Assembly (NCBI RefSeq): GCF_009914755.1 | Contig: NC_060926.1 | DNA from: the human T2T-CHM13v2.0 reference genome, Homo sapiens | Length of the DNA: 64,000 nt | Reading direction: 5' to 3' (one strand) | Shown here: positions 57,873-64,000 of the stretch, one piece after another | Position numbering within the stretch: the first letter of the stretch is position 1 | Layout of the letters: the number at the start of each line of letters is the position of its first letter | Position numbers and translations under genes: made by a program | Notes under the pieces: model-generated | Database searches by the model: none | What the model was told of the DNA's origin: nothing | What the model saw: the letters and a program-made list of their open reading frames with translations, nothing else

Positions 57873-58619
57873 CTTGGAAATAAAAAACATTTAACATTTC
57901 AGATATACTACTGTTTTTTAAAAAGGTACAGTGATTTGCAGTATTTCAAATGCCAAGTCTTTCAGGCTTTTAACATAAAGTTATCAACACTTTGTAACAT
58001 ATGTATTTTATTAAACATAGTTGAGAGAAACCACCATTACTAGAAAAGTGCAGTTCAAAAATTTCATTCCAAATGACCAGCCCATATTTTAATAGTAACA
58101 AAGGTTTCTATTAGGGTGACCAATAAAGTCCATGACATATGATCTTCTCATTAAACACCATTGCTTGTACTTACACAGTATTAAGAAGACTATTATCATT
58201 TCCTTTCTAAATCAAACTATGATGTCTTCTGTATACATTCAGTTAGAAGCAAATGATTATTAAAGGCTCTGAGTGAAAATACAAATGAATTTTGTTTCTT
58301 TGATCTCCAGGATTCATGCAATTGCACAGTAAGATATATGATCAATTTGTAAGCAAGGCTTGCCTTCCTCTTTCCCAATTATTGCCTGCTCTAAGTTTAA
58401 GACACTATTCATTTAAGAGGGCTGCCAGATATGTGCCAGAGAAAATTACTTTTATTTTTATTTCCACTTATGTTATTCCACTTTTTGCCCTAACTTGGCA
58501 GTAGGACTCAGATATCCCTAACATGACTACTTAAACACAACAGGGTGGTTCTGAACTTAGTCACTACCAGAAACCAGAATTATTTCCATTTTCATTAAAA
58601 TATTATTTTTGAATGATGA

Positions 58620-59710
58620 AGACTGTTTACTGTAACAAGCAAAATAATGCCAAGATATATCAGTGGCTTTAACTTGCCTCTTCACTGCTCCTTTCCCTTT
58701 CCACTCTCTTGGGTAGCCACTGCTAATAGCCTGGAATCTATCCTTCTACTCCTGAGCAAAAGCTCTCGTATATACACATAAACAATGTTTCACTTCCTTA
58801 AACAAACCAAAATAGGGTTATATTATACAAATTACCTTGTAACTTGCTCTTTTTTTTATTTAACACTATATCATGGACATTCTCTTTCAGGTCAAGAAAT
58901 TCTGTTTAGTTGCATAATATCCTCATATAACGATTTCCCATAATTTGGTCAACTTCTCCTCTATAGTCATTCAAATTGTTTCCTGTTTTGTTTTGCTTTG
59001 CTGCTACAAACAAAGCAATGAACATCCATCCCTGTCCATTTAAATGAAAAGCACCGTAGTGTAATATCTATGGGATAGTTTTCAGAAGAGGAATTGTTGG
59101 GTCAAAGGGGTTGTATATTTTTAACAGATGTTAACAGATCACTTTCACTTAAGGTTCTAGTGATTCACATTCTCATAATTAAAGTTTGTGTGTGATCTAT
59201 TTCCAAATTCAGTTGTTTTATTCCTCTAATTTCTTTTCCTGTGTCCCAACCTTATTTTATTAAAGTAGCAGTATAAAAAAGTCTATCTAGAAAAGCACCC
59301 CTCCTCATCCCTTTTTCAAAATGTTCTTGAGTAGTCTTGTACATCATTAATTCCTCCATATAAATGTTAAAACTGTATTATCTGGTTCCTCACCATCTAG
59401 AAAAATTCATTCAAATTCTTACTAGATTTGTGTATATAGACACACCATAAAAACATCATTTCTCTCTAATATATACATATACATTTCTCTCAAATATATA
59501 TATATGTATGTCATATATATTTGGTACTATCTTAATGTAATTTGGTACTATCTTAATATATATTTGGTACTATCTTGGTACTATCTTTAATGACATACAT
59601 ATATATTTGAGAGAAATGACATTTTTATGATATGAAGTTCTATCCAGGAATGTAACAGTTGTAACCATTTAGGCAGGTGTTATTCCATGTCCATCAAAAA
59701 GATTTTATGC
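58620..59710 (-). mobile_element. Degraded L1ME-like fragments
   Basis: GGAATTGTTGGGTCAAAGGG, TTTGAGAGAAATGACATTTTTATGATA-like antisense L1 blocks. Confidence 0.55.
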
Positions 59711-61414
59711 ATGGACAGTAAATATAGAGACAATGTTATAACAAATCATGTTGCCACTAAAAAGGTTACTATGAAATAAAATGCACAGCAACAAGTTGAC
59801 AGGATGTTTAACAGTAGAGAGTGCTTGAGTAAATGGTAAAAAAAAAAAAAAAATAGAAACACTAACTGCTATTGTAATTCAGAGGTGAGAAAATTAACTT
59901 AGATCTGTACAGTGAAGGATGCAGCCCTTGAAGAGAACATTAATAAGCGAAGGAAAGGAAGTCATTCTGGGTAGGAGACCATCCTGAAAAAAAGCTGTAC
60001 AAATGGAAGGGATCTTAGATGAGTTCTATCTTTAAGCATGGCCCTTGGAACAGTGCCTGCAGCATAATAATCATTTGATTAACATTGGTTGAATAAATGA
60101 ATAAATGGAAAGCAAAGACATATTTGTAATGAAGGGCAACTGGTGTACAGCTAAGGGCTTATGTGCAGGACCCAGAGATAAGGCTGCAAAGGTAAACAAG
60201 TGCCAGATTGCCAAGGGTATTGAATGTCAACTTAAAAGCTAGCAAAGACCACAAACTACAGAAATAAAGGAGCCCAATGGCCAGTTCCTAGGCTGACATT
60301 TAAGCACTCCTGGCTTCATACTTATTCAGAAGGTAAGAAAGATTTCTCTAGTTTTTACATCCTGTGGTCTTCCATCTTTTAAACAATACAAAATATCTGG
60401 AAGTACATTAATAGGTGTTATCATGAAAATATCATAGCACTTCTTTTAGAAGATTCTCTGGTATTAATATAAGGATGACCCAGATTCTGTTAGGAGGAGA
60501 GATCTAGGTGGGTAGAGACTGGGAGGAAGATGGGAAAGACTGTGTGCGCATGGAGAGCAACAGGCCTAGTTCAGGAGACAATTTGGATATGAAGTGATAA
60601 AGGTCAGAATAGGGGTACGGATAGTGGTAATGCAAGAAGATTAAACAAGATAGGATAGCTAACAAAATATGAGCAACCTGTGAAGAATCTACGAATTCTG
60701 GCCTAGCTACACCTGACAACTTGGTACTATCTTTAATACAAAAAAGCAAATAAGGAGCAGTGTAAGTGTGGAGGTGGTTTAGTACAAACATGCTGAGTTA
60801 TTAAGTAGAAATGTTCTCCAAGGTAGCTAAAGTGGAGTGAGGAGAGGCCAAGGCTATTTGGAGAGATAAAGGATTCATCTACAAAGAATGAAATCTGAAG
60901 TCACATCAACTGAGAAAAGAACACTGCTCTGAATTTTTCAACCTTACTCCATGCTCCTAGAACAGCTTCCAGCTATTTTTTCCTGGGTCATGCAGCTTAA
61001 AATAGATTCAAGATTTTAGAATAAATCCACAGGGTTCTGCTCCTTGACTTATGAAGCTGCAAAATTATCTCCCTCAGCCAATATGGACATTGTAAAGTCC
61101 ATAGGGAAGAATAAATGATGTAGAAGACTAGTCAAAAACATTGTGAAAAAGTATGGTTGGGGTGGGTTACAGGGAGGAAGTTGGATGACATTTATTTTTC
61201 CAAACGTTAACTTTTGCTATAGGATGGGTCTCTAGATCATGTTAGATACTGGACAGTAAGTCCACCCAGTTTCTAAGAATAAACTGATCAGCTATGTCCA
61301 GCCTCCTAGCGTAAAGAAATGCCCAATACCAAAGAGCCAAAAATCCATGCTCTTTTACAGACTTTTTTTTTTTTTACAAGAAGCTGTGTGTGAATGAAGA
61401 GACATTTAAGATTA

Positions 61415-63212
<1,798 letters not shown>

Positions 63213-63548
63213 ACTGCATCTGTACTAAACATGGACAGACTTTTCTTTCTTGTCATCATTCCCTAAATAACACAGTATAATGAAAATTTAGACAGCATTT
63301 ACAATGTATTAGATATTACATCTAATCTAGAGATGATTTAAAGTATATGGGAGGGTATACATAGGTTATATGCAAACACTGTAACATTTTATATCTGAGA
63401 CTTGAGCATCCATGGGATTTTTGTATCCACGGGAGGTCCTGAACCTCTCCTTCAAGAATACCAAAAGACAACTGTATTTTCAACATGAAAACAACTTGCT
63501 TTTAAAGTATTTCATTGGATAAACTGAAATATTGTTTAAAACTCTTAC

Positions 63549-63738
63549 CGATTTCTTTGGCAATGGAACATTATAAGCTGCAGGACCAAGAACCATCTCG
63601 AAGAGTTTGTCTGAGTAAGGTATGGTTTTCTCTACACTTTCCCGGAAATGGGAATCCCATTTGGCATATAGGATAGTGCCACCAATACCTCCACCAACAA
63701 ACAAAAGGCCAGCTCCAGCAATTTTGCCAGTAGTCAAC
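63549..63738 (-). CDS. IMMT: IMMT coding exon LTTGKIAGAGLLFVGGGIGGTILYAKW...PKKS (transmembrane anchor); earlier exons lie beyond the window
   Basis: cttAG|G...TCG|GTaaga; ORF 63480..63764. Confidence 0.96.
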
Positions 63739-64000
63739 CTAAGTGAAAGAAACAGGAAATACATTTATATTTCTTGGCTCTCCTACACCTATTTTCCTAT
63801 ACCAATGTAACCATCTCGAAGACCTCTAGCCTCTACTTATCTACCACTAATTCAGATCATAGCAGCCAAGTTTACCACCATATCTGCACATCACCTTTTC
63901 CTGATTTGTTTATAACATGTTGCCACCAAAAATAGTATTTATTCATTTTAGGAGGCCTAGGTGGAAGGGTTGCTTGAGCCCAGGAGTTCAAAACCACCCT

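Overview
Primate (very likely human) genomic DNA holding two convergent nuclear-encoded mitochondrial genes. On the + strand are the last 20 coding exons of PTCD3 (mitoribosomal PPR protein mS39), its long 3' UTR and the intronic box C/D snoRNA SNORD94, whose guide pairs with U6 snRNA at C62. On the - strand are the last 13 coding exons of IMMT (MIC60/mitofilin), including a 15-nt microexon. Both exon chains were rebuilt by hand and stay in frame to the stop codon. Introns are very Alu-rich and also hold MIR, L2, old L1, MER20, MER3, MER2, Tigger4-like and MADE1 elements, a Y1 RNA retrocopy and a U2 5' fragment; repeat boundaries are approximate. Almost all other ORFs in the track are Alu or intronic noise. 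I found no convincing new multi-gene system. The most unusual signals are repair and retrotransposition scars: a flank-plus-Alu segment copied about 25 kb between the two genes, one target site hit three times (U2 fragment plus two Alus), a fold-back templated insertion, and an Alu whose target duplication copied the distal PTCD3 poly(A) signal. Non-canonical splice sites (a GC donor and a GAG acceptor) are also present.
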